This document shows positions 1 through 8,739 of a DNA stretch of 64,000 nucleotides, in pieces. The position numbers and the translations under genes are program-made. This stretch comes from Thermoanaerobaculia bacterium (lineage in GTDB: Bacteria; Acidobacteriota; Thermoanaerobaculia; Gp7-AA8). Every line of letters begins with the position of its first letter. Positions within the stretch are counted from its first letter, which is position 1. The stretch lies in contig DASPMO010000154.1 in the NCBI GenBank assembly GCA_035627015.1, positions 3,537-67,536 on the forward strand. Direction: 5' to 3'. Under the pieces are notes generated by a model. That model was not told the DNA's origin. It worked only from the letters and a program-made list of their open reading frames with translations, and searched no databases.

Positions 1-160
1 GCCTGCCGCGGGAGTCGAAGGATTCGCGACGACGACGTTCGCGCAGATCCCGGCGTTCGGAGAATTCTCCGCATCGGAAGAGGCCGCGGCGTCGCTCGCC
101 AGCCGCTGGAGGCCGGCTGACGATCCGCACGCGCTCCACGGTTCCTCGCGCGCGAAGCTG

Positions 161-1063
161 ATGGGCCACGCCCACGCGTTTGCCGCATACGTCCGCTCCG
201 CTCCCGTTGCCGGCGGAGCACCCGGCATCCACTCGCCAATCGGAGTGGCGTGGCTGCTCTGGCAGGCGGCCGTGGCCGGACTGCTCACCTTCGAAGAGTT
301 CCGCATCGAGAAGAGCAACCCGCCGGAACGGTGGCATGAGGCTGAAGACTGGGACGCGGATTTCGGCGGCCATCTGAACCTCATCTCGTTCGACGGAGTG
401 GTGGTCGGCTTCAGTTCGGCAGACATGGGCATCGTCCCGGCCGCGCAGCTCAGCGACCGCGCAACCGATGCGGCGTGGCAGCCAAACGGCGATGCTGCCG
501 AAGCGCTCGTGCGATTGGAAAAAGCGGTCGGACGCGTCCACCAGGAGCGGCGCGATCAGAACCGCGATTCGATCGCGGCGATCCTTCACGACTTCGTCCG
601 CTTGCGCGCCACCGGACCGGCCGTTCCCTGGGCGAAGACGCTGTCGTACGAGGGCATGCCCGGCGATCAGACGCCGGCCGGCACGGTTCTGCGGCGCAGC
701 GCGATTCCCGCCCATCGGCTGTGGCTGCGCCCCGCCCCGGGAGCGCCTCCTGTCGAGATGCAGATTCCACTCGTCCTCGACGATCTCGACGCGATTCGCA
801 AAGTGGCTTACGGCCCGGTCGTCGTCGATGACGACGCGGAAGACGCGTTGCTCGTCCTGACGGGAGACGCGTTGCAGTACCAGGAAGGTTTCTACGCCAT
901 CCACGTGCTGACGCTCGGCTCGCACGGCGCCGGCAACGGAAAACGGTCCGTGGCGAGCGTCGACGTCGAGAACCTTCGGCGCGCCGCCAGTGCATTGCCG
1001 CCCGCGCCTCCACGAGACGCTCGTGTGTCCGCGCCGCCGCTCTTCCAGCTCGATTGGGAGTGA
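161..1063 (+). CDS. hypothetical protein (first visible gene of the plus-strand cluster; 5' end uncertain)
   Basis: 300-aa ORF from the first ATG. The same frame has no stop back to window position 2, so the gene may begin upstream of the window. Its stop overlaps the next ORF start (1054) by 10 nt. No motif recognised. Confidence 0.5.
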   Translation: MGHAHAFAAYVRSAPVAGGAPGIHSPIGVAWLLWQAAVAGLLTFEEFRIEKSNPPERWHEAEDWDADFGGHLNLISFDGVVVGFSSADMGIVPAAQLSDRATDAAWQPNGDAAEALVRLEKAVGRVHQERRDQNRDSIAAILHDFVRLRATGPAVPWAKTLSYEGMPGDQTPAGTVLRRSAIPAHRLWLRPAPGAPPVEMQIPLVLDDLDAIRKVAYGPVVVDDDAEDALLVLTGDALQYQEGFYAIHVLTLGSHGAGNGKRSVASVDVENLRRAASALPPAPPRDARVSAPPLFQLDWE

Positions 1064-3771
1064 TCGTGATGACTCTTCTCGAAGTGCTCGACTCCGCCGG
1101 CGTCGCAGATCGCGACACCGTCGTCTGTGACTGGGAAAACTCGCAGTCTCTCCGCGTGCGCGGTGCTCCCGGTCGCGCGCTACGTCCCTCCGGCTCCGCC
1201 GGCCCGTGGCTCATCCCGGGCACCTGGTGGTCACAGGAGGGCACGCTGACGGTGTTCGACGCGACGGAGTGGGCCGGCTCGGGGGCGGTTGCCGAGGTCG
1301 CGTTCGCATCGCAAGGCGCAACGCTGTCGTGGCGCGAGGGGGGGAAGCAACTGATCGTCAGCATCCCCGCCACGGTCGTCGTCCGTGCCGTGAAGCCGAC
1401 GGAGCTCTGGTACTCGCGGCTCCCGCGCATCGGTGGCCAACTCCCCGACTACCCCATCAAACAGGCGTTCCTCCACATCCTCGGCGACACCGGCGCGGCG
1501 TGGTCCGGTCTGCAGTGGAATGCCCCGACGAGCAACGGCTTGCGGCTCACGCGATCCTGGAGCGAGGAAGACATCGTTGACATCGGCGGCTCGGATGCGC
1601 TCGTCGCGGTATGGCCGCCGTTCAACATCCCCGATTGGCAGCTGTACTCCGTGCTCCTGCAGGGCCTTCCGGTCGTGGAGTCGGAGCGGATGCAGGAAGG
1701 CTATTTCACCGCCAGCGTCTCCGTCGGCTCCGGCACGGCGCCGTCGACGTTCGCCGATGCCGCGCAGGACGAGATCGTCGCGGTCACAGGCCGGCCAGAC
1801 GTCATCGGACTACGCACGGCGCGCGGCGGTCCGCGGGCACTGTTCCTACGCGACCGGTTCGGAACATGCGGTGGAGGCATCCGACTGCTGTCGGAGGACG
1901 CCACGCGCGTCCAGGGGAGCTCCAATGTCGCCATCGACTTCGGCACCTCGCACTCGGCGGCCTGCTGGAACGACGCCGCTGGCGGGCCGACGTCCGTTCT
2001 GGCGACGACGGGCGAACACCTCGGGTGGAACTATCCGCTCGTCGTCCGAAGCGCCGGCGAACGCTTCTTCGATACGCCGTGGCTCCTCGGCTATCCGGCT
2101 CCGGCGTTCGAAGATGCGCAGCGCGGCGCGATCACGTACATCCCGAGCGGCATGTTTCTACGGGAGATCACCGACACGCCGGCGGACAGCATCGCCGACT
2201 GGACGAAGAAGCTCCCGTTCGTCCACTACAGTTTGATGGGACCGGCCATCAACTTCGAGAAGCGCTCGCACAACGCGATGCAGCGCTGGCGCGCGGGGCT
2301 GAAGTGGTCGGAGAACGACAATGCATCGCAAGCCTTCCTCGCGGCGCTCCTCATCTGGATCACCGCGGTTCGTCGCGGCGAGGGCGCGACGCTGCGTTTC
2401 ACCTTCCCGCACGCATTCTCGGAACCGCGGCGTAAGCAGTTCGGCGAAACGCTGAAGAAGGTCGCGAAGTGGGTCGGCGAGCTGACCGGCAGCGGGTTCG
2501 CTCTCGCACCGCCGTGCTTTCCGAGTCGCGACGACAACACACGTCCGTTCGTTGACGAAGCGACGCCCGTCATCTCCGAAGTGATGAACAAGGCCGTCAC
2601 GACGTTCCTTCACATGAACGATCGTCGTCGGCAGGGTGTGCTGGTCGCCGACCTCGGCGGAGGCACGCTCGACCTCCTCTTCGCCGCGGTCGAAGCATCC
2701 GGGGGAACTCGCGACTTTCGCCTCGTCGCGGCGGAGAGCGTTCAGTTCGGAGCGAAAGCCGTGATCGAGCTGATTCTCGACAAGGTGTCGTGGCGCTTTC
2801 CCAATGCCGAGCAGGGGCCGGGCAAATTGAGAGAAGCCCTCCTCGAGCAATGGGCTCGCAGCGGTGAGCTGAACGAAGCCATCCTCTCGGCGGCGAGGAG
2901 CTCGAACGCCGACCGGACGTTCGTGCGCATGGCCGACTGGAAAGCGCAGCCGCGCATCGCGGCGCAAACGATCCTCGACCAGGTGTGCATCTACTTCCTC
3001 TTTGTCCGCGAGTACTGCGCGCGGTTCGCAGGCGGTGTGCTGACCAGTCCTCAACTCCAGGAGCGGATCCGCGGTGCGCGCGGCGCGGCGGCCAGCGACG
3101 AGCGGCGGCAGACGGACGTCGGGCCGCGGGCGCCCGGCCGCGGCTCCATCGATTGGGAGAGTCACGCGGAGCTGGACCTTGCCATCGCTTTGACCGGGAA
3201 CGGGTGGCGCTTCCTCGAACTGGCCGGCTTCGATCCGCTCCTCGAACAGGATCAAATCGACAACGTGTTCCGCGACTCTGTCCGCGAGCGGATCGCGGAG
3301 TATGCGGGGCTGACCGCGGTCGGCGAGATCTCGCTCGATGAACTCGGCACGCAGCCGAAGCTCATCACCTCGCAGGGGACTCTCGCCCTCGATGACCGCA
3401 TCGGCGAAGGAGGCCGCACGGTGGAAGTCGCGCCGAACGGGTGTACCGACGTCGCCCACCAGGTTACGAAGCCGTGGGGAACGTTCGTCTCTCCGGCGGA
3501 GCCGCGCTATGACCTGCCGCCCCAACAGAATTTGCGCGTACTCGATCCGCCGTTGACTACGGCGAACGACGCATGGTTCCGCAACTGCGTTGCGGCGCCC
3601 GCGGCGTCGCGCAAATTCGGCCAGCTCGTTTTCGACCCGTTGCCGCCGACCGCGTGGAACGACATCCGGAAACGGCAGGGGTCGGGCGTCGAAACACGGC
3701 AGATCTCCACGAACCGCGCATTGTGGGAGACGGTCGTCCGCAGTTATCTCGGCCTGGGCGCGGTCGTGTGA
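1054..3771 (+). CDS. divergent Hsp70/actin-like (ASKHA-fold) ATPase-domain protein
   Basis: 905-aa ORF with GC3-rich codons. Motifs: NVAIDFGTSHSAACW (cf. Hsp70 phosphate-1 DLGTTNS), VLVADLGGGTLDLLF (cf. phosphate-2 DLGGGTFD) and IALTGNGWRF (adenosine-site-like). An alternative start is ATG 1069. Confidence 0.7.
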   Translation: MGVIVMTLLEVLDSAGVADRDTVVCDWENSQSLRVRGAPGRALRPSGSAGPWLIPGTWWSQEGTLTVFDATEWAGSGAVAEVAFASQGATLSWREGGKQLIVSIPATVVVRAVKPTELWYSRLPRIGGQLPDYPIKQAFLHILGDTGAAWSGLQWNAPTSNGLRLTRSWSEEDIVDIGGSDALVAVWPPFNIPDWQLYSVLLQGLPVVESERMQEGYFTASVSVGSGTAPSTFADAAQDEIVAVTGRPDVIGLRTARGGPRALFLRDRFGTCGGGIRLLSEDATRVQGSSNVAIDFGTSHSAACWNDAAGGPTSVLATTGEHLGWNYPLVVRSAGERFFDTPWLLGYPAPAFEDAQRGAITYIPSGMFLREITDTPADSIADWTKKLPFVHYSLMGPAINFEKRSHNAMQRWRAGLKWSENDNASQAFLAALLIWITAVRRGEGATLRFTFPHAFSEPRRKQFGETLKKVAKWVGELTGSGFALAPPCFPSRDDNTRPFVDEATPVISEVMNKAVTTFLHMNDRRRQGVLVADLGGGTLDLLFAAVEASGGTRDFRLVAAESVQFGAKAVIELILDKVSWRFPNAEQGPGKLREALLEQWARSGELNEAILSAARSSNADRTFVRMADWKAQPRIAAQTILDQVCIYFLFVREYCARFAGGVLTSPQLQERIRGARGAAASDERRQTDVGPRAPGRGSIDWESHAELDLAIALTGNGWRFLELAGFDPLLEQDQIDNVFRDSVRERIAEYAGLTAVGEISLDELGTQPKLITSQGTLALDDRIGEGGRTVEVAPNGCTDVAHQVTKPWGTFVSPAEPRYDLPPQQNLRVLDPPLTTANDAWFRNCVAAPAASRKFGQLVFDPLPPTAWNDIRKRQGSGVETRQISTNRALWETVVRSYLGLGAVV

Positions 3772-3779
3772 GGGCACGC

Positions 3780-5288
3780 ATGTCGACGATTGTCGAGCGC
3801 CGTTGGTCGCGCAGCCGCGGATTTGCTCGCGGACGGACACCCGCAATCGCGATGGCAATCGCTTGCGCACTGCAGATCGAGATGCACGCCATGGATCTTC
3901 TCCGTATCGACCCGCCCATCGGAAGCGTCGCCGGCGGAGACCGCGTCACGATCCATGTCGTCACCGGCAGGAACAGCGCGGTCAAAGCATTCCACTTTGG
4001 CAGGACTCGCGTCCCCGCCGAAAAGAAAGCGGATCCATCCACGTTTTCCGCCACGACGCCACCGCACGGTGGAGGTGGCGATGCGGTGATTCCAGGCGTA
4101 TACGAACAAACGGTCAAGATCGAGTTTGAAAACGGCAACGCAATCGCTGCCGGCTCTTTTATCTATATCGACAAAACGCACGACCCCGCGCAGGGGATCG
4201 TGTCGCTGAAACCGGCTCACGGTCGTGTCGCGGGCGGCGAGCACGTGGCCATCCAAGCGCCGGCTTTGGCCGCGCACCACGGGTGCACCAGCCTGCAAGC
4301 CCTTTTCCGCGGCGCAGGAGTAGAGGTGCTGTCATCCGACGCATCGACTGGAACGATCACCGTCGTTACGCCGCCAATCGACATCGCGAACACCGAAGAG
4401 GTGCCGGTCGAGCTGCGATGCGAGGGAAAGACGATCGCTACGGGCACGTTTGTCTACACGCCCGCGCCCAAATCGCCCGAGCCCCCGCCGCCCCACCCCA
4501 ACGGCGTGCCGATCGCGACGACTGTCGCCGTAGGTGCGGTGCTGGCGGCAGAACTCCTCTGGCTCTTCAGGCGTCTCCAAGCGCTCATCGGCCAAGGTCA
4601 TCCCCCTTCCACGCAGCCCGCGGTCGAAAAGGGTTCCGACGTCGCCGAAACGCTGCAGCGCTTCGCGGACGAACATCGGCGTGCGATGGACGCGCTGCAA
4701 CGATCATTGGTGGACGCCGTCGCAACCATTTCGAAGGAGGTCGAGCGTCTCCGCGATGGCGGTGCAAAGGCCAACGAAAGCGGCGGTACCGGTGAAACGG
4801 ACACATTGCCGAAGGACCGCACACGCAAACCAGTCGGCTCGACGACACAATCTCTTCAACAGCGGGAACAAACGAAGCCGGAAGCGTCACGATCGAATGG
4901 GACGAAGCAGGCGTCGACGAAACGCTCCACTGACACAGCGGCGCCGTTCAGCCCCGAGCGTCTCGCGGACATGTGGAACGAGGAGCGGCGCTCGGGCGGA
5001 TCGTCCGGGGAACTGATTCGGTCACTGAATGCGGCGTGGCCGGGCAAGGTCGTCGCGCGCGCGTTGCGCGGTCTGATCGTCGTCACAGTTTCGAACGAAG
5101 ACGCGACCTTCGTGCTCCCTTCCATGCAGCCGCTCGTGCACGAGGCGACGATTCAGGAGTTCTTCGAGGTTCGTCCGGCCGGAGACGGAAAGAACACGCG
5201 CGTCGTGCACCCCGCGCGCGTTCCCCGCGGGACCGATCTCGACGGCTTCACCGCGGGCCAGATCACACGAGGGATTCTCGAAGCGTGA
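3780..5288 (+). CDS. single-pass membrane protein with N-terminal IPT/TIG-like beta-sandwich repeats
   Basis: Track ORF 3573..5288 trimmed to ATG 3780, 9 nt after the upstream stop. The discarded 5' part is Arg-rich and overlaps the previous CDS. Repeated segments of the type IDPPIGSVAGGDRVTIHV and LKPAHGRVAGGEHVAIQA are present. A hydrophobic helix VPIATTVAVGAVLAAELLWLF follows, then a charged region and a C-terminal domain of about 110 aa. Confidence 0.65.
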   Translation: MSTIVERRWSRSRGFARGRTPAIAMAIACALQIEMHAMDLLRIDPPIGSVAGGDRVTIHVVTGRNSAVKAFHFGRTRVPAEKKADPSTFSATTPPHGGGGDAVIPGVYEQTVKIEFENGNAIAAGSFIYIDKTHDPAQGIVSLKPAHGRVAGGEHVAIQAPALAAHHGCTSLQALFRGAGVEVLSSDASTGTITVVTPPIDIANTEEVPVELRCEGKTIATGTFVYTPAPKSPEPPPPHPNGVPIATTVAVGAVLAAELLWLFRRLQALIGQGHPPSTQPAVEKGSDVAETLQRFADEHRRAMDALQRSLVDAVATISKEVERLRDGGAKANESGGTGETDTLPKDRTRKPVGSTTQSLQQREQTKPEASRSNGTKQASTKRSTDTAAPFSPERLADMWNEERRSGGSSGELIRSLNAAWPGKVVARALRGLIVVTVSNEDATFVLPSMQPLVHEATIQEFFEVRPAGDGKNTRVVHPARVPRGTDLDGFTAGQITRGILEA

Positions 5289-5314
5289 CGCACGCGCCGA
5301 CGAAGGACGAACCG

Positions 5315-7132
5315 ATGAAAGACCGGAGCTGGAAACGTTTCACGATCGACGCGCTCTTCGTGGTGCTGTTCATCGGCTTCGGCGCGGTGTCCTGCACGCG
5401 CGAGACGCGCGAGTCGCCTGCCACGACGACCAAGCGGCAACCGGTGGTTCCGCGTCCGAATGACGACTGCCCTGCCTTTGCGCACCTCGCCGACGGGACC
5501 GGAGCGCTGCAACTGTGCAGCGCGTCAGGCGCCGCGTCGCGGCAGGAGTGCCCATCGCCGGAGCAGATCGTCGTCCTCGTCGACAACGATAACGAGACCG
5601 CGTCCAGACGCCTCGGTCGCGACGTCCCCGCCACGAACTGGAACGACCTCCTCGACGAGCTGATGGCGATCGGAAAAACGGAGTGTGCCGGAGGGAACCG
5701 TCCGTTGGAACGGCTGCCGGGCGGCTGTGGAACGATCCAGGGCGCGGTGAATGCCTGGAAGCTCGGCGCGTGCCGCAGCGCGGATGGCCGCCTCTTCCCC
5801 CGTTTCGTGACAGTCGGCAGTGGAACGACCACACCCGCGGCGGAGGCCGTGCAGCACATCGCGCGCGAGATGACGCGAGCCGGTAGCACGCCCGCCGTCA
5901 CGTTCATGGCGTTCGATGGAATCGTCGACGGCGACTATCGCAATGCCGCCGCGCGTCTGGCGTTCGCGGATGCCGTCGCCGATGCAGTCACTGCGGGCCT
6001 GAAGGTATGGATCGTGGCGAGCCCGATCGAATACCGCTACGTATATCTGTTCGCGCGGCCGCAGTTCGAAACATTTGCCGGCAATGCCGCTCGGGCGTTG
6101 GCCGAGGTGCGCGCGTCGCGCGGCGGTACGTCGACCGTGGCGGCATCACTGTCGGAGTCGCGATATCGCGACCCTGGCGAGCGCGTCGAACTGGCGGCCG
6201 TTCAGGTGGCGAAGCCGCCATGGCGCGGCGTGCAGTGGGACTTCAGCGGCATCGCGCTCCAGCATCGCGTACCCGCGGGCGATCGGCGTGCGGACATGTG
6301 GACACTCGACGTGAACCGCTGGGCGGCGGCAACACCGTCGCCGGTGCCATCCGGCGCGGCAGTGCGGCTTTCATGGAACGCGGAACCCTCTGCATGGGAT
6401 ACGCTCGTGCCGTTCGGCCTTCGCCTTCCGCCTCCGGCCGTTCTGCTCAACCGGCCGGTGAGCGCGGCGGCAGACGAACACGCGAATGCGGCGTGGGTCC
6501 ATGGCAAGAACGTCGACGTCGCGGTGTTGAACGATTGCCCGCGACGAACGGCGCGCGCGCCGCTCAGCCAAGGTGTCAGCATCGCTCCTGGCCGCGCCGA
6601 CTTTCTTCTCGTGCGCGGCACGGCGGCCAACGCGGCGTGGCTGTCGAGTGGCCTTCCCGACTGGCAAGGCGATCCGAAGAAGCTGCGGGCGGCGGTCGTC
6701 GCCTCCGCCGGACCGCCGCTCGCGGCAGCCATGCTGGTGACGCCGCGCGTGCGGCCGAGCCGATGTACAGCCGTATTGCTCGACGACTACTCCGGATCGC
6801 ATCGATGGGGCAGCGCGCACAAGACTCCCGGGTTGGAGCAGGCCGCGAGCGAGACTGATTGCAACTCGGAACAATGGTCCGCGCTGACCGAGTCGCTGCG
6901 CAATGTTCCGTATCGCCGCTTTGCACCGGGCGCCGCAAATCCGTGGCGGCCGACGGACGGCAGGGTCGCCGTCGAGACGTTCCTGACGGTCATCGAACGT
7001 GTCGCGCGGCGAACGGCCAACGACGCAGGCGCCGCGGAGAATCCATATGCGTGCGTTCTGGCGACGTTCCGGATCGACAGCGAAGCGTCGCGTCCAAGCG
7101 ATGCGCGCTGGCAGCAGGAACGTCTGCGATGA
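5315..7132 (+). CDS. putative lipoprotein, function unknown (weak vWA-like N-terminal strand)
   Basis: Track ORF 4973..7132 trimmed to ATG 5315. The N-terminus MKDRSWKRFTIDALFVVLFIGFGAVSC looks like a signal peptide with a lipobox-like Cys. IVVLVDNDNE weakly resembles a degenerate vWA MIDAS strand. Confidence 0.6.
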   Translation: MKDRSWKRFTIDALFVVLFIGFGAVSCTRETRESPATTTKRQPVVPRPNDDCPAFAHLADGTGALQLCSASGAASRQECPSPEQIVVLVDNDNETASRRLGRDVPATNWNDLLDELMAIGKTECAGGNRPLERLPGGCGTIQGAVNAWKLGACRSADGRLFPRFVTVGSGTTTPAAEAVQHIAREMTRAGSTPAVTFMAFDGIVDGDYRNAAARLAFADAVADAVTAGLKVWIVASPIEYRYVYLFARPQFETFAGNAARALAEVRASRGGTSTVAASLSESRYRDPGERVELAAVQVAKPPWRGVQWDFSGIALQHRVPAGDRRADMWTLDVNRWAAATPSPVPSGAAVRLSWNAEPSAWDTLVPFGLRLPPPAVLLNRPVSAAADEHANAAWVHGKNVDVAVLNDCPRRTARAPLSQGVSIAPGRADFLLVRGTAANAAWLSSGLPDWQGDPKKLRAAVVASAGPPLAAAMLVTPRVRPSRCTAVLLDDYSGSHRWGSAHKTPGLEQAASETDCNSEQWSALTESLRNVPYRRFAPGAANPWRPTDGRVAVETFLTVIERVARRTANDAGAAENPYACVLATFRIDSEASRPSDARWQQERLR

Positions 7133-8739
7133 GCAGCACCCACTCCGCGCGCGCAATGCGCATCGTCGCGATCGTCGCCGCGGCATCTGCGGCATTCGCC
7201 GCGAACAACGCCGCTGCGGCGGCGGTCCAGAACACGTATCGCGATCGATCGATCATCGGCCCGGAACGATCGCGGTATCCCGACCGATCTCCATTCTGGG
7301 AGATCGCCGAGCGCGCCGACGGCGAGGTGGGTTCGGTGACGGCGCCCGGCTTCCGCTTCGTTTGGGGGAATCGCGCGTGGCACGCGGAAGGAGCCGTGGC
7401 GATGGCCGCGAGTGTCGCACTGCAGCAGTTCGTCGGACTCGCCGAAACGCACCGGACCTTCTGCTCGGGCGAGGCGAACTGCGACATGGTCGATTTCGAA
7501 ACTCGCCATCCCTCGGCGCGATTCGCCGTCCGCCGCCTGCTACCGCTTCGCAGCGACCGTGACCGCCGTGACGCGCTCGCGCGCTGCCAGACCGCATTTC
7601 CGGCGTTTCGCGACGACTTGCGAGCGGCGCTACGATCGGACCGCGGCGTCGTGCTCGCGGTCTATCGCACCGCCGCGTTCGCGCGCACCGGCGACGGTGT
7701 CGAGAACGCGAGCATTCACATGTTCGCGCTGTACGGCGTCGATCGCGGCGGCAATCTCCTGCTGCGCGACGCCGCGGATCGCGTGCCCGTGACATACCGC
7801 ATCCGGACGGGACGCGAGTGCGAGGCTCTAACCGTCCCACGGGGATTCGAGGTGGAGCGCGAGTCGCCGTTCTACAAAGACTGGGCGCTCACCGCGTGGC
7901 TCGTCGAGCCTCGCCCCGGCAGGGACGGTGGCGTCGCTCCCCGTCCCGCTCCGCGTCCTGTTCCGTCACCGCTTCCACCTTCTCCCGTCCCGCTCGAAAC
8001 GGATGACGTCCCGGGAGTCGCCGGAGACGATCCCTTCGACCTCGGTGCGTTTCGCCTGCCGGCTCCGCAGCCTCCCGCGAACGTCTACGTCTATGCGACA
8101 GGAGGCGGAGCGCCGGCACGGCTCCGCCTGCGCACGGGCATTGCGGCCTCCTATGCGCAGGACAGCCAGAGAGTTCTGACGGAGCTCGAGAGGCTCTGGA
8201 GCGTTTCGCGGCAAGGTGAGCGCATCAGCTATCAGCCACGGGATCGTGCGACCAGTCCGTTCAGCGATGCCTATCGCACGCTCGGACGATCGGACCGCGT
8301 TCATCTCACCGCACTCGCGAGACGATTTGAGGTCTCCGCGCGCAGGCTCTCCAAGAATCGTGTTTGGCTCGCCACCAGCGTCATCCGCTTCGTGCAGAAC
8401 ATCCCCTATGAGCTGATCCGCGATGACGTGCTCGGGTTGCGCACGCCGGTGAGCGTCCTCAATCGGAACGGCGGCGATTGCGACAGCAAGTCGCTGCTCG
8501 CGGCCGTCCTGCTGCGCATACTCGGCTTCCAGACGATCGTGCTGACGAACGACCGTCTGTCGCACGCCGTCCTCGGCGTGGAACTGCCGGTCGCCGGCGA
8601 CGCGTACACCGTCTATGGCAATCGCCGGTACCTGCTCGTCGAGTGCACGAACCCGTTCGCGATCGGCGATCTCAGCGCGTCCGGAACGCACGGCGAAGCA
8701 CGGAACGCGGGATGGGAAATCCATGAAGTCGACATCTAG
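7129..8739 (+). CDS. secreted protein with C-terminal transglutaminase-like cysteine-protease-fold domain
   Basis: ATG 7129 overlaps the upstream stop (ATGA at 7129-7132). The N-terminus MRIVAIVAAASAAFAANNAAAA is signal-like. A Pro-rich linker (PRPAPRPVPSPLPPSPVP) follows. The C-terminal string NGGDCDSKSLL...SHAVLGVEL...YLLVECTN fits a Cys/His/acidic transglutaminase-core pattern. Confidence 0.7.
   Translation: MSSTHSARAMRIVAIVAAASAAFAANNAAAAAVQNTYRDRSIIGPERSRYPDRSPFWEIAERADGEVGSVTAPGFRFVWGNRAWHAEGAVAMAASVALQQFVGLAETHRTFCSGEANCDMVDFETRHPSARFAVRRLLPLRSDRDRRDALARCQTAFPAFRDDLRAALRSDRGVVLAVYRTAAFARTGDGVENASIHMFALYGVDRGGNLLLRDAADRVPVTYRIRTGRECEALTVPRGFEVERESPFYKDWALTAWLVEPRPGRDGGVAPRPAPRPVPSPLPPSPVPLETDDVPGVAGDDPFDLGAFRLPAPQPPANVYVYATGGGAPARLRLRTGIAASYAQDSQRVLTELERLWSVSRQGERISYQPRDRATSPFSDAYRTLGRSDRVHLTALARRFEVSARRLSKNRVWLATSVIRFVQNIPYELIRDDVLGLRTPVSVLNRNGGDCDSKSLLAAVLLRILGFQTIVLTNDRLSHAVLGVELPVAGDAYTVYGNRRYLLVECTNPFAIGDLSASGTHGEARNAGWEIHEVDI

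Noticed and set aside
2158-3870. 570-aa minus-strand ORF antisense to the first Hsp70-like gene. The same class of long shadow ORF recurs across the window: 450-1430 (-), 8672-10234 (-), 10307-11434 (-), 18294-19682 (-), 20211-21182 (-), 32201-34837 (-), 33187-34890 (+), 35993-38113 (-), 39275-41698 (-), 39679-41742 (+), 48807-49952 (-), 49991-51211 (-), 54202-55272 (-), 54942-56366 (-), 57648-58835 (-) and 61713-62780 (+).
   Set aside because: These are typical high-GC shadow ORFs. Their composition is Arg/Pro/Gly/Ala-dominated, they have no recognisable motifs, and each fully overlaps a motif-bearing ORF with clear GC3 bias on the other strand or frame.
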